Part shown: one piece after another, positions 41,284 through 49,873 of the stretch
Layout: the number at the start of each line of letters is the position of its first letter
Numbering within the stretch: the first letter of the stretch is position 1
Assembly (NCBI GenBank): GCA_964360065.1
Contig: CAYHTW010000003.1
Location: 44,853-108,852, forward strand
Origin: an uncultured Candidatus Saccharibacteria bacterium
GTDB taxonomy: Bacteria; Patescibacteriota; Minisyncoccia; UBA6257; Colwellbacteraceae
Direction of reading: 5' to 3'
DNA: 64,000 nt
Translations under genes and position numbers: made by a program
The notes under the pieces: generated by a model
Seen by the model: the letters and a program-made list of their open reading frames with translations, nothing else
What the model was told of the DNA's origin: nothing
The model's database searches: none

Positions 41284-41310
41284 AAATCCCGGGGGTTTCC
41301 CGGGATTTTT
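41282..41310. terminator. Bidirectional terminator
   Basis: AAAAATCCCGGG-loop-CCCGGGATTTTT between convergent genes. Confidence 0.85.
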
Positions 41311-41319
41311 GAACTTGGA

Positions 41320-41505
41320 TTATCTCCTCATTCCCCCTCCGCGCTTATCGCCCATCCGCTCGCGGTGGCAATTTCTGCAGAGAAGTTGGCTGAGTCTAGC
41401 AGGATCTGGCTCAAACGGCAGTTCCGTTATCGGAGTACTGCAGCTTGCGCACTTCCAGTCACCCTGGAACATCTTGCGCTCAAAACCACCTCTATCGTTT
41501 TGCAT
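41320..41505 (-). CDS. CxxC-x17-CxxC zinc-ribbon-like small protein
   Basis: CASC...LPFEP...CRNC; start set at ATG 41505 (MQNDRGG). Confidence 0.8.
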   Translation of the reverse strand: MQNDRGGFERKMFQGDWKCASCSTPITELPFEPDPARLSQLLCRNCHRERMGDKRGGGMRR

Positions 41506-41585
41506 TGTGATTTTTATTTTTCGAACCTTCGAAACTCTGGGCAAAACACTTTAGAGATGACTTTGCTGCGAAATTTCTTAACACC

Positions 41586-41614
41586 ATCGTACCACTAAAG
41601 GGCCTGAAAGTCAA
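41586..41614 (-). promoter_or_regulatory. sigma70 promoter TTGACT-N17-TACGAT (TGn)
   Basis: agtcaa 41609-41614 and atcgta 41586-41591. Confidence 0.65.
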
Positions 41615-41649
41615 TCTAGCCAGTTAATATTATGCAGCCCTCTACAATC

Positions 41650-41685
41650 AGTATACTATAATACTGATCAGTACTATAGTATATT
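41650..41685. repeat. 36-bp palindrome, copy 2 (overlaps the truB stop)
   Basis: AGTATACTATAATACTGATCAGTACTATAGTATATT, 34/36 identical to 4482-4517. Confidence 0.88.
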
Positions 41686-42327
41686 GGTAGAGTCCTCTAC
41701 CCTGTATTTGCCTATCTGTGTCCGCCTTAAGTCGCCTAGAGTTGCTGGAAACCCCAGCCTTCTACCGAGTTCTTCTGCTAGTGATCTGATATACGTCCCA
41801 CTGCCGACTTCAAAAATAATCCTTGCCGAATAAAGGCCGTCTTTGCACTCAAGTTCCTTTAGTTCGGCGCTTAATACCTCCATCTCCCTTTCCGGCAAAT
41901 CCACTATCCTTCCACGTCTAGCGAGCTTATAAAGCCTTTTACCGCCGACTTTAATTGCCGAGTAAGCCGGCACCTTCAGTTTAGTCTTGCCGATTAAGCT
42001 TTTGAGGACTTCTTTGACTTTCTCGTAGGCAACCTCCGCAACCTCCTTTCTTTCCAGAATCTCCCCTTCCATATCTCCTGTTGAAGTCTTGATGCCCAGA
42101 AGAACTATGGCCTCATAGACTTTAGGAAGCTTAATGAGTTCGTGCAGAGCCTTGGTTCCATCGCCCACTCCCACCAACATCAAGCCGGAGGCCAGTGGAT
42201 CCAAAGTTCCGGCGTGTCCTATTTTTTTAATACCCAATTTTTGTCTCAAAGCTTTAATTACCCAGAAAGAAGTCACCCCCTTAGGCTTATCTATCAAAAA
42301 CAATTTTTGACCGCTCTTAATTTCCAT
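41674..42327 (-). CDS. truB: tRNA pseudouridine(55) synthase TruB (no PUA domain)
   Basis: DKPKG, GHAGTLDPLASG, YSAIKVGG, GTYIRSL. Confidence 0.95.
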   Translation of the reverse strand: MEIKSGQKLFLIDKPKGVTSFWVIKALRQKLGIKKIGHAGTLDPLASGLMLVGVGDGTKALHELIKLPKVYEAIVLLGIKTSTGDMEGEILERKEVAEVAYEKVKEVLKSLIGKTKLKVPAYSAIKVGGKRLYKLARRGRIVDLPEREMEVLSAELKELECKDGLYSARIIFEVGSGTYIRSLAEELGRRLGFPATLGDLRRTQIGKYRVEDSTNIL

Positions 42328-42375
42328 TAGTCCTCTTATTAATATAATATTTAACTAAATTAGCAAAACATCCAA

Positions 42376-44037
42376 ATGAATATAACAGAAAAGATCAGGC
42401 AATTTTTCAAGGGGGACGTGGTTGATGACGAGCCTTCGCTTGATGAGTACAGCCGGGATGCCAGTATCTTCGCAATCAAACCCAAGATAGTCACTTTCCC
42501 AAAAGACGTCAATGATATTAAAAATCTGGTTAAATTCGTCTCCCGAGAGAAGCTAGAGAAACTTGAGATTTCTTTGACTCCCCGAGCAGCCGGCACCGAT
42601 ATGAGCGGCGGCCCATTAACCGACTCTGTTGTTGTCTCCACCACCAGATACCTCAATCACGTTAAGGAAGTGGGCGACCTGCCTGCGCGGGCGGGAGGCT
42701 ACGCCATTACCGAACCAGGGGTCTTTTACCGTGACTTTGATAAGTTGACTAGAGAGAAGGGGTATATTCTACCCAGCTATCCGGCTTCCCGGGAACTTTG
42801 CGCAGTAGGAGGCATGGTAGGCAACAACTCCGGTGGAGAAAAAAACCTAGCCTACGGCGAAACCGAAAGATGGGTGGAAAGTTTAAAAATGGTCCTGGCC
42901 GATGGCAACGAAGTTGAGTTCAGCAAGCTCTCGTTTGAGGAACTGGAAGAAAAGAAAAAAGGTACGTCACTTGAGGCCGAAATCTACCAAAAGATGAGTA
43001 GGCTTCTAACTGATAACTATGATGAAGTAAAAGCCGCCAAACCCCAGGTTTCTAAAAACTCCTCCGGTTACTTCCTATGGAACGTGATGGACAAAGTTGC
43101 TAAAACTTTTGATCTCTCTCGTATGATTGTTGGCTCCCAAGGCACATTGGGTATAATAACCGAAATTAAATTCAGGCTCGTTAAGCCTAAAGAGCACGCC
43201 CGCATGCTTATAATATTTCTGAAGGACTTTAATTTATTGCCGGAAATAGTTAACAAAGTTATGGCCTATAAACCAGAAAGCTTTGAGTCCTACGACGATA
43301 ACACGCTAAAAATAGGCCTTAAGTTCCTGCCCGACATTATAAAAATAATGAAGGGTAACTTTTTTACCATGGCATTTCAATTCTTGCCCGAGTTCTGGAT
43401 GGCTCTCTCCGGCGGCATACCAAAGATCATTTTAATGGCGGAGTTTACCGGTGATATCGACAAAGAGGCCTACGAAAAGACCGTGCAGGCCAACATTGCA
43501 CTAAAAGGAATGGGATTAAAAACCAGAGTCACCAAGACCGAAAAAGAAATTAAAAAATATTGGGCTTTCCGAAGGGAGAGTTTCAACTTACTCCGTCACC
43601 ATATGAAGGGCACAAGAACCGCGCCTTTTATAGACGATGTTATTGTTAAGCCTGAGAAGCTCCCAGAGTTCCTGCCTAAACTGAATGCTCTCTTGAGGCA
43701 ATATGACCTTGTTTACACCGTCGCCGGCCATATTGGTGACGGCAACTTCCACATTATTCCACTTATGAAACTCTCCGACCCAAAGGCTAAGGAAGTAATT
43801 GAAAACCTCTCCAAACAAGTCTATAAACTAGTTATAGAGTATGGCGGCTCCATCACAGCCGAGCACAATGATGGTTTAGCTAGAAGCCCATTTGTGAGAG
43901 AAATGTTCGGCAATAAAATTTTTTTTCTTTTTGAACAAACGGAAAAAATATTTGACCCGCAAAACATATTTAACCCGGTTAAAAAAATAAACGCGACCAT
44001 GGAGTACTCTATGGAACATCTAGACACAAAAATATGA
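42376..44037 (+). CDS. FAD-linked oxidase (GlcD/D-lactate dehydrogenase-like)
   Basis: PRAAGTDMSGG, GGMVGNNSGG, GSQGTLGII, GHIGDGNFH, AEHNDG. Confidence 0.9.
   Translation: MNITEKIRQFFKGDVVDDEPSLDEYSRDASIFAIKPKIVTFPKDVNDIKNLVKFVSREKLEKLEISLTPRAAGTDMSGGPLTDSVVVSTTRYLNHVKEVGDLPARAGGYAITEPGVFYRDFDKLTREKGYILPSYPASRELCAVGGMVGNNSGGEKNLAYGETERWVESLKMVLADGNEVEFSKLSFEELEEKKKGTSLEAEIYQKMSRLLTDNYDEVKAAKPQVSKNSSGYFLWNVMDKVAKTFDLSRMIVGSQGTLGIITEIKFRLVKPKEHARMLIIFLKDFNLLPEIVNKVMAYKPESFESYDDNTLKIGLKFLPDIIKIMKGNFFTMAFQFLPEFWMALSGGIPKIILMAEFTGDIDKEAYEKTVQANIALKGMGLKTRVTKTEKEIKKYWAFRRESFNLLRHHMKGTRTAPFIDDVIVKPEKLPEFLPKLNALLRQYDLVYTVAGHIGDGNFHIIPLMKLSDPKAKEVIENLSKQVYKLVIEYGGSITAEHNDGLARSPFVREMFGNKIFFLFEQTEKIFDPQNIFNPVKKINATMEYSMEHLDTKI
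42678..42695. repeat. 18-nt palindrome CCTGCCTGCGCGGGCGGG in frame (LPARAG)
   Basis: Self-complementary when G-U pairs are allowed. Confidence 0.65.
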
Positions 44038-44135
44038 GTCTGTCTTACGAAATAGAAATCAAGTCTCTCCTCGGTCCCAAGGAGAGGGCAGACTCTCTCC
44101 GGAAGAAGATAACCTCTAATCCTTATTTTGGATAA
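44034..44135 (+). pseudogene. Truncated CYTH-domain gene remnant
   Basis: ATGA-coupled 33-aa ORF MSLSYEIEIKSLLGPKERADSLRKKITSNPYFG with an ExExK motif. Confidence 0.55.
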
Positions 44136-44153
44136 TAAGCACGCTGGAACGCC

Positions 44154-45761
44154 CTAGTGAATCTCTTCCTTCTTATCTCTTAAGAAATTCCTCCACTGTT
44201 CAAAGAATTCCAGAAATACCTGGATAGGAGTTTCTATGAGGAAATTAAATATGAACACTATTGCGTTGTAGCGGGCCAATTGCTTAGAGAGCCACTGGCC
44301 AACTTGGATGACTGGCAGGAAAAGAAAATCTAGAATACCTCCGATAAAACTAGATCTCACCTCTCCTACAATGAGCTCCCTGCCTCTTTGCTGAATCTTG
44401 GTACCAGCAAAAGCTATTAAGGAAACAAAGAAAAGGAATATAAGAACTGAGAACGGGCCGAAGCCGTAAGACAGTAGGAACCAAGCTACCAGTCCGTATG
44501 AAATCGCAAAACTCAACAAATAAAATATTGCAAAAATAGATCTAGCGAGAGTACTCCTGAGCTTCGGGAAAATAATATAGTAATCAATCCTATCCTCTCC
44601 GGTGACTAATGCTTTAACTTCTTTTTTGACATTAACCACGTTTTTGTCGGAAGTCAGCTTGGTGTTGGTAACGAGGAATAGCATTAGGATCGGGGGAATA
44701 AGAACGCTGGTCATGATAGCCGCCGTATTAATATGGCCCTGTATATATCTATCCAGCGGAATTTCCAGGAGCAGGGCTATGAGAACTTTGCTGATAAAAA
44801 TTGAGACTGTGCTGTAAATGGCTGCTCGCCTTATCTTACCTTTTAACTTATTAAGTCTAACTTTATAGGCTTTGCCTGTTTCTACATCCAACTCGTCCTC
44901 ATCTTCGGTTACTTTCTTAAACGAACCAACTTTGTCACCGATAATATCTCCTAAGATTAAATAAGGCGTATCGTGTCTCTCTACTAAACGGTAAAATTTT
45001 TCCCCATAAGGAAACTCAAGTGTTTTCTCTATAAGTTCTTTCACTCCCCAGATATGATTTGTAACGTGCTGCAAAGTTCCTTCCGATGGACTGTGCCAGT
45101 CTCCGTAAAGCCTGCCTAACAGGTGATATGCAATAACAGGATCATCCATTTTAAATAGCACGCGGTGGACTGCCACATAAATTTGGAGGTTCTTCTCGTC
45201 TTCTGTCATCAGCTTCTTGTCTTCTGGACGCAGCTTTACTCTCTCCAAAAGATCTTTAGTAGTAAAATCCACCAAAGCCAATTCTTTCTCATGTGGGTCT
45301 AGAGTAATCTCCACTTCGTAGGAAGCCATCTGCACAAACCACTTATTAAACTCCTCTCTCTTTTTCCTTTCGCCATTACCGCTATTTTTCAAAATATAGG
45401 CGTGTTTATTTAAAACCTGCCTGATCTCTTCAACCTTTTCTAATGGGATGGCATGGTTCGGGAAATGTCCGCCCCTAATAAGTTCTCTTAAAAATTGTTC
45501 GGCCGCGTCGGTTCCATTTTCGCCGGTCATATCGCTCTGTAAGAGCGACCTGCGCTTTAAAATTCTCTCTATAGCTGTTTTCCTTAAAAGGTGCTCTTCC
45601 CTCCAATCCACTATCCCCCGGATAGCTTCATAGAATGAAGCTACGCGAGCCGCCACGTCGTCAACGTTGATAGTATCATCCTCTCCGTTAACCCGTGTCT
45701 TATCGCCTGCCTTAGAGGCAATTTCGGCTAATTTCTTTATAGATTCGCTTAAATTGGGCAT
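44154..45761 (-). CDS. Hypothetical membrane protein
   Basis: 535 aa; soluble N-half (EEHLLRKTAIER) and several C-terminal TMs. Confidence 0.75.
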   Translation of the reverse strand: MPNLSESIKKLAEIASKAGDKTRVNGEDDTINVDDVAARVASFYEAIRGIVDWREEHLLRKTAIERILKRRSLLQSDMTGENGTDAAEQFLRELIRGGHFPNHAIPLEKVEEIRQVLNKHAYILKNSGNGERKKREEFNKWFVQMASYEVEITLDPHEKELALVDFTTKDLLERVKLRPEDKKLMTEDEKNLQIYVAVHRVLFKMDDPVIAYHLLGRLYGDWHSPSEGTLQHVTNHIWGVKELIEKTLEFPYGEKFYRLVERHDTPYLILGDIIGDKVGSFKKVTEDEDELDVETGKAYKVRLNKLKGKIRRAAIYSTVSIFISKVLIALLLEIPLDRYIQGHINTAAIMTSVLIPPILMLFLVTNTKLTSDKNVVNVKKEVKALVTGEDRIDYYIIFPKLRSTLARSIFAIFYLLSFAISYGLVAWFLLSYGFGPFSVLIFLFFVSLIAFAGTKIQQRGRELIVGEVRSSFIGGILDFLFLPVIQVGQWLSKQLARYNAIVFIFNFLIETPIQVFLEFFEQWRNFLRDKKEEIH

Positions 45762-45905
45762 ATTAAATGCCGCTATAGCGGCTTTAACATAAGCTTACTC
45801 TTTTAGCTGTTTTTATCAACCCGAGGACCTTCTAAGGGTATAAAGCATAGTTGGGGTCAATCCATTATCGGCCACATCTGAGATCAGAGAAACTATCGCC
45901 AAGGC

Positions 45906-48362
45906 TTAAGTACAGCGGCTGAAGCCACAGCTCTTACAACTTATACAGCCTTCGGCCATGGTAAGTCTTTCTCCACAGTCAGGACAACCCACTGGATTGC
46001 CGTAATCAGCTAAGCTGACTTTCTTTTTGGCTCCTGGATTTGTAGTCAAGACAGCAATCGTGGCGGCACCCTGGGTTTCTACCTTACCAACGTTTGCTTC
46101 AACCATAACACCTTCAAACAATCCAGTCTGCTCTCCGTTTCTCGCATGCTCTTCCAAAATCCTGCCAATAGCATCGGGTAGAGAAAGTACAGTTCCCTTA
46201 GGAGTCAAGGTCGGCATCGGCCCCCTGATACCCTTTAAGTCGTCAATGATTTCTTCCACTTTTATGCCTGAGCGGAGTGAAAGCGAGATAAGTCGACATA
46301 TTGCCTCGGACTGTTCCTGAAAGAAACCTCCACTCTTACCAATAGTGGCAAAGACTTCAAAGGGTACTCCAACTTCGTCATTATTAACTGTCACGTAGAG
46401 ATTACCGTAACCTGTCTTCACCTTATAAGTTTTACCCGACAAAGTTTCAGGCCTCTTCCTGGGCTCCAGGCGATTCATATCAACAGCTAAATCTATAGAC
46501 TTCGTGCTTTCTGCTTTAGCCAACTTTTTAGGATCGCTGGTTGTGGAAATAATATTTTCTCCTGTACCTAAATTCAAAATCTGAACATTGCGGCTACCGT
46601 CTCTGTAAACGGTGGAGCTCTTACAACCGGACTTCCAGGCTTCAATGTAAGCTTGCCTCACATCTTCGTGGGTAGCGCTGAATGGGAAATTAACAGTCTT
46701 GGAAATAGAGTTATCCACGTTCTTCTGGAAAGCTCCTTGCATCCTGACGTGGTCAATGCCGGTCATTTCCATGGAAATTACAAAAGTATCACGCAAATCC
46801 TTAGGCAGGTAATCCAAACGTTGGATACTGCCGGTCTTAACGAGTTCTTCTTTTATCTTAGTAACGGTCGCCTCGTCAAACTTTCTCTTCTTTAATTCTT
46901 TCTCAAAGTGAGAGTTAAGGTATTGGTACTGAACTCCGTCTTTATCCTGCTTAATATAAGCCAGTGCAAAGTTGGGTTCACAACCGGAGGAAGTGTCGTA
47001 CATCATAGATATACTGCCGGTAGGAGCAACTGTTGTTAAGGCTGCGTTTCTCATTTTTATCTTCTTCTTCTTAAAAACACTTAGATTCCAGTTTGGGAAA
47101 GGAGCCTTTTCTTTGGCGAGTGCCTGACTCATCTCGTGTGCCGCCTTATTAATAAAGGCCATGGTCTTTTCAGCCATAGCAATACCCTCTGCAGAGTTAT
47201 ATTTGATGCCTAATTGGTAAAGCTGGTCAGCAAAACCCATAATGCCAAGGCCAATACGCCTGTTCTTTCTAGCTAACTCAGTTACCTGGGGTACTGGGAA
47301 ATCGAACCTATCTATGATATTATCCAGCATTCTGACTGAGGTTCTAGTAACGAATTTAAGCCTCGCCCAGTCCATCTTGCCGTCTTTAACGAAGACAGCT
47401 AGGTTAATACTCCCTAAATTGCAGTTGTCGTAGGGGTGTAAAAATTGCTCGCCACAGGGGTTGGAGCACTCAATACGGCCTAACCCGGGTAAAGGATTGT
47501 TTTTGTTGATGGTATCAATAAAAACTATTCCGGGTTCTCCGTTCTTCCAGGCATAGTTTACGATCTCTCCCATGACATCCCCTACAGTCATATCTAATTC
47601 TTCGTAACCGTAAACACTGCCGTTGGGATGACGTAAAATTTTTCTAGGTTTAATTTTTTCTCCTTTCCAAGTGGAAAACCAGGGAGTCTCTGGAGCCTCC
47701 GAAGCTAAACGCATAAATTCATCAGTAACTTTGATGGAAATATTAAAATTTCTTATTTCTCCCTCCACTTCTTTAGAGCGGATGAAATCCAAAAAGTCCG
47801 GGTGGTCCACGCTTATCATCGCCATATTGGCTCCGTGTCTGCCTTGTTGTTTAATCGTTCCAAAAGCTTCGTTGTAAACTTTTAAAAACGAAACTGCCCC
47901 AGAAGAAACTCCGCGAGATTTTTTTGTCGGGAACATCGCTGGCCGTAATTCGTCCAGAGAAAATCCCAAACCCGATCCAGCCTGTTGCAAAAGAGCAGCG
48001 TCCTTTAAGGTCTGGAAAATACTTTCCATTGAATCATGAATAGGAAGCACTATGCAATTAGCGATTAAAGGAGTGCCTGCGCCGGCGTTAGTGAGTGTCC
48101 TGCCCGCCGGAGTGAACTCCTTAGTGGACATAATGCTGAAGAAATCTTCTTCAACTTTCTTAATAAACTTAGCGTCGTGCTTGTAGTCCTTCTCTACTTC
48201 CGCAATAGCACTTGCCACACGGTGGAACATATCCGCTGGCGCCTCTTGTTTGCCGTTTTCATCCGTAGCCAAATATCTTTTTCTCATCATCTTTAGAGCG
48301 TTCTCCGAAAATGTCTTGTTTACTTGTTCGTCCCTTTTCTTGGTGGCTACGTCCTTTATCAT
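45906..48362 (-). CDS. nrdJ: Adenosylcobalamin-dependent (class II) ribonucleotide reductase with TSCPD and zinc-ribbon tail
   Basis: ANCIV, SNPCGEQ, CNLGSINL, TVAPTGSIS, TVYRDGSR, CPDCG...CKSCGFSRC. Confidence 0.92.
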   Translation of the reverse strand: MIKDVATKKRDEQVNKTFSENALKMMRKRYLATDENGKQEAPADMFHRVASAIAEVEKDYKHDAKFIKKVEEDFFSIMSTKEFTPAGRTLTNAGAGTPLIANCIVLPIHDSMESIFQTLKDAALLQQAGSGLGFSLDELRPAMFPTKKSRGVSSGAVSFLKVYNEAFGTIKQQGRHGANMAMISVDHPDFLDFIRSKEVEGEIRNFNISIKVTDEFMRLASEAPETPWFSTWKGEKIKPRKILRHPNGSVYGYEELDMTVGDVMGEIVNYAWKNGEPGIVFIDTINKNNPLPGLGRIECSNPCGEQFLHPYDNCNLGSINLAVFVKDGKMDWARLKFVTRTSVRMLDNIIDRFDFPVPQVTELARKNRRIGLGIMGFADQLYQLGIKYNSAEGIAMAEKTMAFINKAAHEMSQALAKEKAPFPNWNLSVFKKKKIKMRNAALTTVAPTGSISMMYDTSSGCEPNFALAYIKQDKDGVQYQYLNSHFEKELKKRKFDEATVTKIKEELVKTGSIQRLDYLPKDLRDTFVISMEMTGIDHVRMQGAFQKNVDNSISKTVNFPFSATHEDVRQAYIEAWKSGCKSSTVYRDGSRNVQILNLGTGENIISTTSDPKKLAKAESTKSIDLAVDMNRLEPRKRPETLSGKTYKVKTGYGNLYVTVNNDEVGVPFEVFATIGKSGGFFQEQSEAICRLISLSLRSGIKVEEIIDDLKGIRGPMPTLTPKGTVLSLPDAIGRILEEHARNGEQTGLFEGVMVEANVGKVETQGAATIAVLTTNPGAKKKVSLADYGNPVGCPDCGERLTMAEGCISCKSCGFSRCT

Positions 48363-48414
48363 GTTCCTTTTTATTTTTATTTTCCCGACGCTTGCTCTAT
48401 CTTAGCACGGTGCT

Positions 48415-48423
48415 TGTGGATAA
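48415..48423 (-). promoter_or_regulatory. Consensus DnaA box TTATCCACA upstream of nrdJ
   Basis: Exact 9-mer about 53 nt upstream of the start codon. Confidence 0.4.
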
Positions 48424-48547
48424 ACGCCAAGGGCTGCTGAGACGGTGGTGAAGACCCTCATAAAATTTAGGTTTTTGGATTAGATAGGGGCTATGACAAT
48501 ATTTGACAATAGGTTGGCAACCCCCGCGCCGAGCCTAGATTAAATTT

Positions 48548-48673
48548 TAGGGCTTACGCAATTGGATGAAGTACGAGGCGAAACCGAGCATCGAACTGAG
48601 CCGTATTTTTAATAATACGGTAAAGGACGAACGGAGGTTTTAACGAAGTAGTTCGCCAATTGCGTAAGCCCTA
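48548..48673. mobile_element. 126-bp MITE-like element with 18-bp perfect terminal inverted repeats (TA ends)
   Basis: TAGGGCTTACGCAATTGG ... CCAATTGCGTAAGCCCTA; inner CCGTATT/AATACGG hairpin. Confidence 0.8.
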
Positions 48674-48674
48674 T

Positions 48675-49871
48675 CTATTTTCTCTTCTTCCTTAAGAATG
48701 TCGGTATATCCCAAACATCATCGTCTTTCTTGATAGGTTCGGCTTCCGTCTTTTTTAAGAACTCTGGGTTATCAACTTCCTTATTAAAATCTAACTTAGG
48801 CTCTTCTCTTTTTGTTTCAGACGCCTTCCTACCATCTCTACCAGTAAACAAACTTAAATTACTCTCTCTTTTGGTAGATAAACCATTAAACCCGGTGGCT
48901 ACTAATGTGACTTTAATCTGTCCGGCTTTTAATTTCCTGTCGCTGTAAGCTCCGAAAATTATTTTCGCCCCCGAATCAACATTTTCTGTAACTATTTTTG
49001 CGATTTCGCTAACCTCTACCATTTTTAAATCTCTGCCACCTGCAATACAAAATAAAACTCCCTTGGCTCCATCAATAGAAGTTTCTAGTAGCGGCGAGTT
49101 CACTGCTTGTGTCGCTGCTTTAATTGACCGTTCTTTGCCTTCAGAAACACCCACACCAACTACTGCTGTTCCAGAATCCCCCATAATCGCTTCTACGTCA
49201 GCGAAGTCCACATTCACGAGTCCGGCCGAAGCAATAACTTCTGTGATGCCGGAAACCGCGCTTTTTAATATGTCGTCTATTTTTTCAAAAGCTTTTAAGA
49301 TTGGAGTTTCGTTGTCTATAACACTGAAGACTCTGTCGTTGGGGATCACTATCATCGTATCCACTTTATCTTTCAGTCTTATAATTCCTTCTTCGGCAAT
49401 TCTGATTCTCTGCGATCCTTCAAAAGTAAAAGGCTTGGTGATAATGGCAATCACTAGCGCCCCCGTCTCGCGGGCAATGTCGGCCACCACCGGCGTCGCT
49501 CCTGTCCCCGTACCTCCGCCAAATCCAGCGGCCAGAAAGATCATATCCGCTCCCTGCAAGGCCTCGGCAATGTCAGCCTGGCTTTCTTCAGCTGCCTGGC
49601 GGCCCATATCCGGGTTCATACCGGCGCCCATACCTTTAGTAATAACCCTACCTATATGTATCTTTTGTTTAGCCTCCGAATACTCTAGATCCTGGGCGTC
49701 TGTATTAATCGCAATGAATTCCACTCCCCTCATAGAGTCGCGCCCCATTCTAGTGATAACGTTGCCGCCAGCTCCGCCAATACCGACTACTTTTATTTTA
49801 ACGAAAGGCTTAGCGGATTTATGGGCCGTTATTCTCCTCTTTTTATGACTTTTCCTATTCTTTTTAGGCAT
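48675..49871 (-). CDS. ftsZ: Cell division protein FtsZ
   Basis: GIGGAGGN, GGGTGTG, NVDFAD, DIPTFLR. Confidence 0.98.
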   Translation of the reverse strand: MPKKNRKSHKKRRITAHKSAKPFVKIKVVGIGGAGGNVITRMGRDSMRGVEFIAINTDAQDLEYSEAKQKIHIGRVITKGMGAGMNPDMGRQAAEESQADIAEALQGADMIFLAAGFGGGTGTGATPVVADIARETGALVIAIITKPFTFEGSQRIRIAEEGIIRLKDKVDTMIVIPNDRVFSVIDNETPILKAFEKIDDILKSAVSGITEVIASAGLVNVDFADVEAIMGDSGTAVVGVGVSEGKERSIKAATQAVNSPLLETSIDGAKGVLFCIAGGRDLKMVEVSEIAKIVTENVDSGAKIIFGAYSDRKLKAGQIKVTLVATGFNGLSTKRESNLSLFTGRDGRKASETKREEPKLDFNKEVDNPEFLKKTEAEPIKKDDDVWDIPTFLRKKRK

Positions 49872-49873
49872 AT

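Noticed and set aside
45769-45782. 14-bp palindrome GCCGCTATAGCGGC before the 535-aa gene
   Set aside because: Single short instance with no supporting copies.
48490-48520. Possible NrdR boxes upstream of nrdJ
   Set aside because: Only weak ACAATA half matches.
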